From positions 2,728,001 through 2,792,000 of the forward strand of contig CATNEN010000033.1 of the NCBI GenBank assembly GCA_950097015.1: a DNA stretch of 64,000 nt, read 5' to 3'. A program made the translations under genes and the position numbers. Source of the stretch: Macrostomum hystrix (Eukaryota > Animalia > Platyhelminthes). Each line of letters opens with the position of its first letter. Position 1 is the stretch's first letter. The notes under the pieces are model-generated. The model was not told the DNA's origin. It saw only the letters and a program-made list of their open reading frames with translations, and ran no database searches. Positions 11,880-29,300 of this stretch are shown here, one piece after another.

Positions 11880-13222
11880 AAGGATTAGGGAGTAGTAGAA
11901 TAGATTGATAATCTATACTTAGGGATGAGGGATTAGTAGAATGGATTGCTAATCCAGCCTTATGGATGAGGGATTGGTACAATGGATTTCTAATCCAGCC
12001 TTATGGATGAGGGATTAGTAGAATGGATTTCTAATCCAGCCTTATGGATGAGGGATTGGTAGAATGGATTTCTAATCCAGCCTTATGGATGAGGGATTAG
12101 TATAATGGATTTCTAATCCAGCCTTATGGATGAGGGATTAGTAGAATGGATTGCTAATCCAGCCTTATGGATGAGGGATTAGTATAATGGATTGCTAATC
12201 CAGCCTTATGGATGAGGGATTAGTAGAATGGATTTCTAATCCAGCCTTATGGATGAGGGATTAGTAGAATGGATTTCTAATCCAGCCTTATGGATGAGGG
12301 ATTAGTAGAATGGATTGCTAATCCAGCCTTATGGATGAGGGATTAGTAGAATGGATTGCTAATCCAGCCTTATGGATGAGGGATTAGTACAATGGATTTC
12401 TAATCCAGCCTTATGGATGAGGGATTAGTATAATGGATTTCTAATCCAGCCTTATGGATGAGGGATTAGTACAATGGATTTCTAATCCAGCCTTATGGAT
12501 GAGGGATTAGTATAATGGATTTCTAATCCAGCCTTATGGATGAGGGATTAGTAGAATGGATTTCTAATCCAGCCTTATGGATGAGGGATTGGTAGAATGG
12601 ATTTCTAATCCAGCCTTATGGATGAGGGATTGGTAGAATGGATTTCTAATCCAGCCTTATGGATGAGGGATTAGTAGAATGGATTTCTAATCCAGCCTTA
12701 TGGATGAGGGATTGGTAGAATGGATTTCTAATCCAGCCTTATGGATGAGGGATTAGTAGAATGGATTTCTAATCCAGCCTTATGGATGAGGGATTGGTAG
12801 AATGGATTTCTAATCCAGCCTTATGGATGAGGGATTGGTAGAATGGATTTCTAATCCAGCCTTATGGATGAGGGATTGGTAGAATGGATTTCTAATCCAG
12901 CCTTATGGATGAGGGATTAGTAGAATGGATTGCTAATCCAGCCTTATGGATGAGGGATTGGTAGAATGGATTTCTAATCCAGCCTTATGGATGAGGGATT
13001 GGTAGAATGGATTTCTAATCCAGCCTTATGGATGAGGGATTGGTAGAATGGATTTCTAATCCAGCCTTATGGATGAGGGATTAGTAGAATGGATTGCTAA
13101 TCCAGCCTTATGGATGAGGGATTGGTAGAATGGATTTCTAATCCAGCCTTATGGATGAGGGATTAGTAGAATGGATTTCTAATCCAGCCTTATGGATGAG
13201 GGATTAGTAGAATGGATTGCTA
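11880..13222. repeat. 41-bp minisatellite (ATGGATTTCTAATCCAGCCTTATGGATGAGGGATTAGTAGA)
   Basis: Read directly; roughly 30 copies. Confidence 0.97.
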
Positions 13223-13558
13223 TTAGCCTTTTCATTTTTCAAATGCTGTGAGAGTCAAGCATTAGTTACAAGGGACATAGGAAAACTCAATTCAAGATAA
13301 TCTTTTTACTGTTTAAGAATTATCATTTGGTTTTTTGCTGTTCACTACTCACGCATCAGTAGTGTTGCTGAGTTTCACATATATTTTATGTTTGTCGCCA
13401 GTATTTTCACGCAGCATTTACAAAAATTAAGTTGGATAAATGCTTAAATCAGAGGAAATATCTTCACAAAAAGCGGTGAGTCATTCGATAGCGGGAATTG
13501 ACAGCCGTACATTCAATGGTACAAAAGTAATTTGATCAAGTCTGGAGCCGGTGTATGC

Positions 13559-17682
<4,124 letters not shown>

Positions 17683-19149
17683 TCAGTATCGTCACAGCGA
17701 ATTGAGATGGGAAATATGTTCGGGAAATTATCGGATATGGCTTTTCTCTCTTCTGTGACCCTGCGATAAGCAAGTTGGCAGCGTTTTATATTAGCTGCAC
17801 TGGGTGCGAGCTCGGTCTCTCATTGGCTGCGGCGCCCAGCCCCACCCCACCCCATTCACTGGGCCAACACACGGGGGAGATGGTAAGATGTGCATAGGCT
17901 GACTGGCTGTCCCACATTTACACTGGCCAGATAGACAATTCCGAGGAAAATCGCGAATAACTTGCCTTGTGCTTAACCAATTTTCAAAGCTTTTGTTTTA
18001 TTAGAAAGCTGAATAAATTCTCGACATTTTAGCCGAAGCCCGTGTGTCTGCCTGCTTCAGCTAGAGAGCTGTACTGAAAGAAAGTTTTAGAAATGCAAAA
18101 CTTTTCGAATTTAGGTCTGGAAGATGAACATTAACATTTTCTTTGTCCTCCGGAAACTCTAGTTTACAGTAATGACCACGGGCGTATTAAAATTTTGCTC
18201 CTTATCTCCCGAAATATTCAACCAATGGCCATGAGAGTACAGACGCGGAGTTAAAATTTTCCACTCCATCCGATGAAACAACTTCCAGAATCACCAAACA
18301 TCGGCATCGTCCAGACATTCAACGATTCTCGTCGGGTTGTCGGGTGGCAAAAACCAGCAATATAGGCAGAATTTTTCCAGTCACAAAATTTCCTTCCATT
18401 GGCAAAAACAGGCAGGCATTTTTTATGCTTCACTGGCAACAAGCTTGCATATGGTCAATAAATCAAAACTAAACTGCTGTGTCTTCAATGTTTATAGATT
18501 TTTGCCTTTCATAAGATAATAAAACAAGCAGCAGGCTACGTATATGCTATCACATTATAATTGTTATTGATTTCTACCTTCAGGCGCGTACAATCATTAC
18601 TTAGCTAATTCATCAATTTGTGGCAGCCCAGCATGGCAACAACTGCTTCGCGAGAGTGCCTGCCTTATAGCCAATAGGCATTGACGCTTTGTATCCGGGG
18701 CGACTTTCATAGAGATTCGCCTTGCTTCTTCAAGGCCTGGGCCTCTTCAAGAACAGGTTTTTATCTACCCTTAGATAAAAAGAAGAAGCCACGAGTCCTT
18801 AGAACTGTCCCACAATGGCAAAATGAGGGCAAAGAAATTCTCACGGCAAAGCCGCCTCCATGGCAATGTTCTTCTTGAAAAAAAATTGAGAGAGCGTTTT
18901 TTTATAGTTGGAAGATAATTTTGCGGTCCGAGAAATGCGGGTGGCACCCCTTTCCTTCTAAAATGAAAAATTTCCCCAGACTACAGTCTCTCGGGGGGGT
19001 CCGCCTTAGCCGTTACACCAATCCCGGCCATGTGGGTGCCAAAACTACTTAAATAGGCCGCACAGTTTTATGGCGGCTCCTTCAGCACTAACAGTCGCTG
19101 AGGGCCCTGTAGTCTTGTCTGAGAACTTATAAACAAAGACCTTCATGTG

Positions 19150-20047
19150 CGACACCCTGAAGCATGAGGGACCGCAGTTCAGGCACCCTGAAGGATGAGC
19201 GGACCGCAGTTCAGGCACCTGAAGCATCAGCTGACTGCAGTTCAGGCACCTAAAGGATCAGCTGACTGCAGTTCAGGCACCTGAAGGATGAGGGCCCGCA
19301 GTTTAGGCACCCTGAAGTATGAGGGACCGCAGTTCAGGCACCCTGAAGCTTGAGGGCCCGCAGTTTAGGCACCCTGAAGTATGAGGGACCGCAGTTCAGG
19401 CACCCTGAAGGATGAGCGGACCGCAGTTCAGGCACCTGAAGCATCAGCTGACTGCAGTTCAGGCACCTGAAGTATGAGGGGACCGTAGTTCAGGCACCTG
19501 AAGGATCAGCTGACTGCAGTTCAGGCACCTAAAGGATCAGCTGACTGCAGTTCAGGCACCTGAAGGATGAGCGGACCACAGTTCAGGCACCCTGAAGCTT
19601 GAGGGACCACAGTTCAGGCACCCTGAAGCTTGAGGGACCGTAGTTCAGGCACCCTGAAGCATGAGGGGACCGCAGTTCAGGCACCTGAAGCATCAGCTGA
19701 CTGCAGTTCAGGCACCTGAAGCATGAGGGGACCGTAGTTCAGGCACCTGAAGCATGAGGGGACCGTAGTTCAGGCACCTAAAGGATCAGCTGACTGCAGT
19801 TCAGGCACCCTGAAGGATGAGCGGACCGCAGTTCAGGCACCCTGAAGCATGAGGGGACCGCAGTTCAGGCACCCTGAAGGATCAGCTGACTGCAGTTCAG
19901 GCACCTAAAGGATCAGCTGACTGCCGTTCAGGCACCCTGAAGCATGAGGGGACCGCAGTTCAGGCACCCTGAAGTATGAGGGACCGTAGTTCAGGCACCC
20001 TGAAGCATGAGGGGACCGCAGTTCAGGCACCCTGAAGGATTGCAGTT
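19150..20047. repeat. ~31-bp minisatellite with constant core CAGTTCAGGCACC(C)TGAAG and variant linkers
   Basis: Read directly. Confidence 0.93.
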
Positions 20048-20784
20048 CCCAGAAGGCATTCAGAATTTTGGCAGCAATTTCGTCATCTGGAATTCTTTGA
20101 GCCGCATGCTAAGGTGCTAATAATTATAATAATATTTCCCGCTGAAGAGCCAAGATCCCAATTCCCACTGAAAGCCCGCATAATGTCCAGCTTGTTTGGA
20201 ATCGCAAGGAGACAATGGGAAGTTTGAATATTCACACTGGGATGGAACTGGAGCGTGCCGTATGAAGAAATCATCAAATAGATGGATAATTATGCAGGTT
20301 GGGCAAGATGAATGGCAATTTGAGTTGATAAGGGCAGACTGTGAGATGTCAAAGATAGGCACGACCATAGAATAAAATTTTACAGCGCAATACACGCATG
20401 GCTGTAAGAAGATCGGACAAAGATTCTAATCAAAGCTTGAAATAGTTTTAAGTGATGATGGAGATGCGACAGTCACTATTCAACAATCTGCTTTGGTTAT
20501 CTCGCAATATGCGGGCCAATGTTCTCAAACTAGAATTACGATTAACCAGGGGAACGCGTGCTCAGCCAGCGCGGTGTTAAATGTCATCGAAGCAGAAGGA
20601 CTGTCTTTCAATGTCTTTCATTCGATTGATATATATGCGTCTTATATACCAGCAAGACCAATAAGACTTGACAATGCCTTTTCAGCCACAAAAAATGGAC
20701 TCACTCAACACTCCCCACCTGTTCTGTGAGAGATTCCATACAACCATTATCTTCATTGTCTCTAAGCCGTCTCTTCTCTCACTT

Positions 20785-22291
20785 CCATCTGTCACCTCAG
20801 TCCATTCTCACTGCCATCTCTCACCTCAGTCCATTCTCACTGCCATCTCCCACCTCAGTCCATTCTCACTGCCATCTCCCACCTCAGTCTCCTACTCTCA
20901 CTGCCATCTCCCACCTCAGTCTCCTACTCTCACTGCCATCTGGCACCTCAGTCTCCTACTCTCACTGCCATCTCCCACCTCAGTCTCCTACTCTCACTGC
21001 CATCTCCCACCTCAGTCTCCTACTCTCACTGCCATCTCCCACCTCAGTCTCCTACTCTCACTGCCATCTCCCACCTCAGTCTCCTACTCTCACTGCCATC
21101 TCCCACCACAGTCTCCTACTCTCACTGCCATCTCCCACCTCAGTCTCCTACTCTCACTGCCATCTGGCACCTCAGTCTCCTACTCTCACTGCCATCTGGC
21201 ACCTCAGTCTCCTACTCTCACTGCCATCTCCCACCTCAGTCTCCTACTCTCACTGCCATCTCCCACCTCAGTCTCCTACTCTCACTGCCATCTGGCACCT
21301 CAGTCTCCTACTCTCACTGCCATCTCCCACCTCAGTCTCCTACTCTCACTGCCATCTCCCACCTCAGTCTCCTACTCTCACTGCCATCTCCCACCTCAGT
21401 CTCCTACTCTCACTGCCATCTCCCACCTCAGTCTCCTACTCTCACTGCCATCTCCCACCTCAGTCTCCTACTCTCACTGCCATCTCCCACCTCAGTCTCC
21501 TACTCTCACTGCCATCTCCCACCTCAGTCTCCTACTCTCACTGCCATCTCCCACCTCAGTCTCCTACTCTCACTGCCATCTCCCACCTCAGTCTCCTACT
21601 CTCACTGCCATCTCCCACCTCAGTCTCCTACTCTCACTGCCATCTCCCACCTCAGTCTCCTACTCTCACTGCCATCTCCCACCTCAGTCTCCAACTCTCA
21701 CCGCCATCTCCCACCTCAGTCTCCTACTCTCACTGCCATCTCCCACCTCAGTCTCCTACTCTCACTGCCATCTCCCACCTCAGTCTCCTACTCTCACTGC
21801 CATCTGGCACCTCAGTCTCCAACTCTCACTGCCATCTCCCACCTCAGTCTCCTACTCTCACTGCCATCTGGCACCTCAGTCTCCAACTCTCACTGCCATC
21901 TCCCACCTCAGTCTCCAACTCTCACTGCCATCTCCCACCTCAGTCTCCTACTCTCACTGCCATCTCCCACCTCAGTCTCCTACTCTCACTGCCATCTCCC
22001 ACCTCAGTCTCCTACTCTCACCGCCATCTCCCACCTCAGTCTCCTACTCTCACTGCCATCTCCCACCTCAGTCTCCTACTCTCACTGCCATCTCCCACCT
22101 CAGTCTCCTACTCTCACTGCCATCTGGCACCTCAGTCTCCAACTCTCACTGCCATCTCCCACCTCAGTCTCCAACTCTCACCGCCATCTCCCACCTCAGT
22201 CTCCAACTCTCACCGCCATCTCCCACCTCAGTCTCCAACTCTCACTGCCATCTCCCACCTCAGTCTCCTACTCTCACTGCCATCTGGCACC
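20785..22291. repeat. 30-bp minisatellite (CTCACTGCCATCTCCCACCTCAGTCTCCTA plus CT)
   Basis: Read directly; the unit is ~30-32 bp and explains the 546 and 541 aa pseudo-ORFs. Confidence 0.95.
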
Positions 22292-23359
22292 TTTATCTTT
22301 TCTATTAGGATGGCAACAAAGTTAATCGATAAAGAATTGCAGCAAAAATGATTTAAGTAATAACTTTTAGGTGAAAAAGTTCCGGACAGGCCGTGTTATT
22401 AAAGTCTGCATAGCGGAGTACAGCACTGTAAGCACTTGTGTGTGTGTGTGACAGTAATTTATTTTGCATAAAAGCTCGGTGATTTCTAAGTGATTTTACA
22501 ATACTTAAGAACTTTTGGATAGCTCTGCCCGCACTGCTCAGAGAACTGTTTATCAAAATTCAAGATTGCTACAATCTACTGGTACGAGCGTACAGTGCAG
22601 GCAATAAAATTCACCTGCAGTTACAGCAGCTGTTTCATTAACATTCTTATCGTAAAAGGTTTCTCATTTGATCGGGTATATAAACGAGCGAAAATTCGAA
22701 ACTTTAAACAGAAAAAATGTAACCAGACATTTTTTCATCCGATCAAAGCTGCGCGCCTGTCCCAACTGCTCTACTCGAAGTAGAAATGTAGGAAAAGTGT
22801 AAACTAATTTTGAATTGATGGAAAGTCAATAACTACACCGCATAACCCAACGAGAGCAAGGAAAAAATAATAGAAGGAATCGCAGCATCAGGAAATGTTC
22901 CACATAGAAGTCATCAGTTTGTGAATAACTTGGACATGACTTGGAGTAAATTAGCCAAGCTTAGCCGAGATTTGGAAATACGAGATATAAAAGTTGAAAC
23001 AATCATTTCAGGACATTGAAATTCTCTAATTATCAATAATCTGCACAGCGCGTGTTACGTAAAAAATAAATTTCCTTGGTTCATTCAAATCCCTGCGCAA
23101 GCAACATAGCAGAGGACTGAAAGTGCTTAAGACTCAGCGGTGAGCTCTGATTCGTGCGGCAAGCCCTGCAAGTTGAGTTGAGTTGAGTGGCAAAGTGAGT
23201 GAGTCTGTTTAATGCATAGCGACTGGCGATAACAACTGGGTAGTGATTGCACAATTTCTAAATTCCAACTAAACAGTCACAGAAGCGAACAGGCGAACGC
23301 TTTCAATGAAAAATGAGGAAAACTACGAGTATAAATTGAGAGAAGCTATTATTGTTACT

Positions 23360-26300
23360 TTAAGTAGCTGATTTAGCAAGCTCCAGCGGATCCTGCGGCT
23401 GAAATTGTATCCAATTTAGATGGAGCCAACGGTCATAACAAAAAATATCATAGATTTGATTATCAAACAAGTCATTAGGAAAATGGCACAATATAGTTGT
23501 CTGAACTGCTCTTGGATTTAACTCTTGGTTTGGTAAGGTTTCTTAATTGAATAGCTTACAAAGACTAAATATAACTACCCGAGGTCAGGGGTTCGAATCC
23601 AAGAAGGCAACTCACTAATGCTACCCCATCTGTAAAATGGGGTAGCAGCCTGCCCCGAGTCCGTGGACTGAAGAAATGTACACACCCTTTGGTAGCGCCA
23701 AAATGGGTTAGGTTAGATCTCTGTCTTTCAATCAATAGCAATTAAAATAGTAAGCGTGACTTACCAGAGTGCTTTCCAGATTAACCAGTCTGGACGAGGC
23801 GGTTGACAGGTCCTTCTCTCGAGACATGAGCTCGGCTTTCAGATTGCGGATCTCATAGTCCTTGCGTTTGATCTTCTCGCGAATCGCCCGCTTCTTCGCT
23901 TCCTCCTGGAAGAGGCCATTGAAAGTACTCCCTGCAATCACTGCCTGCAATCACTCCCTGCAATCACTCCCTGCAATCACTCCCTGCAATCACTCCCTGC
24001 AATCACTCCCTGCAATCACTCCCTGCAATCACTCCCTGCAATCACTCCCTGCAATCACTCCCTGCAATCACTCCCTGCAATCACTCTCTGCAATCACTCC
24101 CTGCAATCACTCCCTGTAATCACTCCCTGCAATCACTCCCTGCAATCACTGCCTGCAATCACTCCCTGCAATCACTCCCTGTAATCACTCCCTGCAATCA
24201 CTGCCTGCAATCACTCCCTGCAATCACTCCCTACAATCACACCCTACATTCACTCCCTGCAATCACTCCCTACAAACACTCCCTACATTCACTCCCTGCA
24301 ATCACTCCCTACAAACACTCCCTACATTCACTCCCTGCAATCACTCCCTACATTCACTCCCTACAATCACTCCCTACATTCACTCCCTACAATCACTCCC
24401 TACCCTACAATCACTCCCTACAATCACTCCCTACAATCACTCCCTGCAATCACTCCCTGCAATCACTCCCTGCAATCACTCCCTACAACCTTCACTCACC
24501 CTTGCGTGCGGATCCTCAGGCGGGCAGTGTGCACCGCCGCTGGCGCCGGAGCCTCTAGCCGTGGTGGCAGCCGGATTCAGGCTAGCGTGCACCGCCTTCC
24601 GCTGCTTGATGGCTGTGTTGAGCCGCTTCTCCTGGTTAAGCACATCCTTCGTGCGGCTCAGGCTCTCGCGCAGCAGGTCGACTTCCTCGCCGCGAGAGCG
24701 CAAGTCCTGGGCCATGCTATCCACCTGCATTTGGGATTTAAGCATAGGATCTGAGCAGGAACATGGGAGATGAGCATAGGGATCTGAGCAGGAACATGGG
24801 AGATGAGCATAGGGATCTGAGCAGGAACATGGGAGATGAGCATAGGGATCTGAGCGGGAACATGGGAGATGAGCATAGGGATCTGAGCAGGAACATGGGA
24901 GATGAGCATAGGGATCTGAGCAGGAGCAACAGCCTCACCTGGTGGCCCCTCTTCCCCGCCAGTTCCTCGGCCTGTCGCAGCCTGGCCAGGTCCCGCTCGT
25001 AGCCCTGCAGGAGGTCCTCCTTCCTGCCCAGGCGCTCCTTAAAAAGCCGCACCCGCTGGGCCAGGAGGCCGGCCGCCTCCTCGCGCTCAGTGGCAAGCCG
25101 GTCCCGCTCGTCCCGCGGCAGGTGGGCCATGGAGCGAAGACCCTGTTGAATTGTTTGAAACAGAAGTTAAACTCATTTGGACTTTTAGGGATAGCTATCA
25201 TATTGCGGTACAAAAATCAAACGAATAATAAGATTTACCTATTAATTTACCCACCCACTTATCCACCAATTAATTAGGTGCCAACCAGCAACACGTGGTG
25301 GTAGATACCTGCCAACCTATCTACCAACCTACTTACCTACCAACCTACCTGCTAAACTAATTACTAATCTACTTATTAATCTATTAACCAATCATACCTA
25401 GAAGTCGACATAGTCAACCAATCAACCAAGCTATCAATAAGTGGACCCCTCTTTATAATAATAAAATAAGTGCCCGAGGGCTGCGGGCAATGGCACATCA
25501 ATGGCACAGACCCGCAGCCAGCGAGTAGGCAATTCTGCCCATTTCGATGACTCCTGAGCACACACGCACACAGATACTGTACGCAGGCACACGCTCACAC
25601 AGGTGTGTACATCTGCCCTGACCTTCTCATCGTCAGGCAGTGTACACTTTCACTAAGCATTGGAGGTTGGCCCTCAAGGGCGTAAATTGCACGGCAAGCC
25701 CATAGCCTTCACTCCGCGGCTGCGCCCCAAATGAATGTGGCCTCGCCGCGGAATCGAACTCAGGGACCTTGGTGCGAGAGGCAAACGCGTTGACCGCTCT
25801 GCTACTGACCCCCTGGACCCCTCTTTTGTGTAGCGATTCCCTCAGGAAATCTCACCTGAACAGACTCGAGCTCCAGGCAGCTGGCCATGCCCCTGAGCAG
25901 GCTGAGATAGGTGTGCTCAGACACTTCGAGACAGTCGCGCGTCTCCTTGTGCGCGGCCCGTTCGGCCTCCAAATCAGCCGCTGACGAAGCGATTCTGGCC
26001 ACGCCGGTGACGCCCAGCTGGCGGGCGTCGCCTGCCGTGATTCCTCCGGCCGCGATGGGGCGGGTCTCGGCCATGGCCTGCTTGGCCCGCAGCTCGGCCA
26101 GCTCCTTCTTGAGTAGCGTCACCTGCTGCTGCTGCGCCACCTGGTCCTGCGAGGCCGCGGCTGGGACGGGCGGAGGAAAAGCAAACAAAGGTCAGAGAAA
26201 CTCATAGAGCTTTTGGATCTGAATGTATATGGGATCTGAATGCGATCTGGGATATGAATGGAATATGGGATCTGGGATCTGTATGGGATCCGGGATCTGT

Positions 26301-29300
26301 ATGGGATCTGGAATCTGTATGGGATCTGGGATCTGGAATCTGTATGGGATCTGGGATCTGGAATCTGTATGGGATCTGGGATATGAATGGAATATGGGAT
26401 CTGGGATCTGTATGGGATCCGGGATCTGTATGGGATCTGGAATCTGTATGGGATCTGGGATCTGGAATCTGTATGGGATCTGGGATATGAATGGGATATG
26501 GGATCTGGGATCCGAAGGGATCTGGGATCTGAATGGGATCTGGGATCTGAATGGGATCTGGGATCTGAATGGGATATGGGATCTGGGTTGTTGCTAGGAT
26601 CTGAATGGGACTTCTGATCTGGGTTGTTGCTAAGATCTGTATGGGATCTGGGATCTGTATAAGATCTGGGATATGAATGGGATATGGGATTTGGAATCTG
26701 AATGGGATCTGGGATCTGAATGGGATCTGGGATCTGAATGGGATATGGGATCTGAATGGGATATGGGATCTAGGATCTGAATGGGATATGGGATCTGGGA
26801 TCTGAATGGGACCTGGAATCTGGGTTGTTGCTCGGATCTGAATGGGATATGGGATCTGGGATCTGAATGGGATATGGGATCTGGGATCTGAATGGGATAT
26901 GGGATCTGGGATCTGAATGGGATATGGGATCTGGGATCTGGGATCTGAATCGGATATGGTATCCGGGTTGTTGCTAGGATCTGAATGGGATCTGGAATCT
27001 GGGTTGTTGCTAGGATCTGAATGGGATCTGGAATCTGCGTTGTTGCTAGGATCTGAATGGGATCTGGAATCTGCGTTGTTGCTAGGATCTGAATGGGATA
27101 TGGAATCTGGGCTGTTGCTAGGATCTGAATGCTACTTACCAGAGGGTCGCGTCCTCTCGAGCTCCTTCAGCCGTTTGCGCAGCTCGCTGAGTGCCTCCTT
27201 CTGGTGAGCGATTACCTCCGAGTGTCGCTCGCCGCGGCACTGATGGCCCAGCGAGGACATCTCGGCTGCGATTCGCTCATCCTCGCCATTGCGCGCCGCC
27301 GCCTCTTCCGCCCGACGGCGCTCAGCCTCGAGCCGGACCTCCAGCTCCTTGGAGCCGACCTCCGTGCGGTCCAGGGCGCTCTGCATCCGGCCCAGTGTGG
27401 AGCGCTGCCGGTCCAGCTGAGCGCGAGCTTCGGCCAGCTCAGCAGCCTGCGACAGATGGACGGGATAGAGCGGATTGCTAATCTGCCTCATGGATGAAGG
27501 ATTAGTAGAGTGGATTTTTTGCCAACCCAATGGATTAGGGATTTGCAGAATGGATTGCTCACCTATCCTAAGGGATTAGGGATTACCAGAATGGATTTCT
27601 CACCTATCCTGATGGATTAGGGATTAGCAGAATGGATTCTCACCTATCCTAAAGGATTAGGATTAGCAGAATGGATTTCTCACCTATCCTAATAGATTAG
27701 GGATTAGCAGAATGGATTGCAAATACATCTCACCTGCTTCTCAGCCACCTCTGTGAGTCGTGCCAGCTTCTCCTTCTTGTCGGCCAGCTCCACCTCGACC
27801 TCCCGCAGGCGGTGCTTGGAGCCTTCCAGCGCCTCCTTCTGCTGGTCGGTCAGCTCGCCACGGATGTCGGACAGCCTGGCAGACATGCCCTGAAGGTCCC
27901 GACGCAGGCTCTCCATCTCCTGGCGCTGGTCCCGCACAGCCTCCTTCAGGCTGGAGTTCTCCTGCCTCAGGCCCACCACCGTGCGCTCCATCACGGCCAG
28001 CTCGGCCGTGGGCCGCTGCACGATCACTTTCGGCGTTGCTGCCGTTTCGCGACGCCGCGCCGAATGGGCCTCCTGCTGACTGCGCAGCTCGCTGGCCTCT
28101 TGACGTAACTGGTTGACCTCGTCCTGCAGCTGCTTGTTCTGCTTCACCACCTGCGGGTCGGATCATCCTCTTAGATGTAGATAATCCGAAAACTTTATCT
28201 GGATAATCCAATCCGAAAGTTGATAATCCAATCCAAAAGTAGATAATCCTATCCGAAAGTAGATAATCCTATCTGACAGTCGATAATCCTATCTGACAGT
28301 CGATAATCCTATCTGACAGTCGATAATCCTATCTGACAGTCGATAATCCTATCTGACAGTCGATAATACTATCTGACAGTCGATAATACTATCTGACAGT
28401 CGATAATACTATCTGACAGTCGATAATACTATCTGACAGTCGATAAGCCAAGGCTCACCTTGCTCAGCCGCTCCTCCATGTGGCAGATGGTGACGCTGTG
28501 CTGTCGAACCTGGTCCTTGAAGGCTTGCGTCTCCTTCTCGTGCCTCGCCTCGGCCGTCTTGACCAGCTCGCCAGCGCTGGCCAGGGCCTCCTCCTTCTCT
28601 ACCATCAGCCTGGCCAGCTCGCGCCTCAGCTCCGCCTCCGTCGCCTCCTTCTCGGACAGCCGCTCGACAGCCGACTGAGCCTCGCTCAACTCGTCGGCGC
28701 GCTCAACCTCGCGCTCCTCCATCGCCCGCTGAAGCGCCGTTAGCCGGCCCTGCAGCTCCGCGATAGTGGCCCGCTCGTGCGCAACCGCGGCTTCGCGCCT
28801 CTCCGTCTCGGCCGCGACTACATCATCCAGTACGCGCTGCTGACTGCGCGCCGCCTCGGCGGCCGCCTTCTCCAGAGCCTCAGCGACTCGTGCCTCGGCC
28901 TCGCCCGCCATGCGGGCCTCCAGGCTCTCCCGGTCCGCGGCTGCCTGCGACTCCAGCTCAGCCAGGCGAGAGCGCAGCCGCTCCCGCTCGTTCAGCGCGT
29001 CCTGCCAGCGCGAGTACAGCTGAGTCACGTGATGGGCAGGGGCTGCGGGCAGAGGCGGAGCAGCGATTCAAAATCAATATCCCCAACTGTAGATTATCCC
29101 CAACTGAAGATTATCCCCAACTGAAGATTATCCCCAACTGAAGATTATCCCCAACTGTAGATTATCCCCTACTGTAGATTATCCCCTACTGAATATTATC
29201 CCCAACTGTACATTATCCCCAACTGTAGATTATCCCCTACTGTAGATTATCCCCAACTGAAAATTATCCCCAACTGAAGATTATCTCCAACTGTAGATTG

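Noticed and set aside
19150-20047. CRISPR-like repeat-spacer appearance
   Set aside because: The linkers are 12-13 nt and reused, no cas genes are present, and the context is eukaryotic.
18660-22351. A plus-strand spliced gene threading between the 19.1 kb and 20.8 kb arrays
   Set aside because: Only short open segments and isolated splice-like sites were found (e.g. TCTATTAG|GATGGC at ~22310), with no phase-consistent model or recognisable motif.
25740-25813. Functional tRNA gene
   Set aside because: The acceptor and T stems pair poorly, it is followed by a SINE-like body and tail, and a diverged second copy exists.
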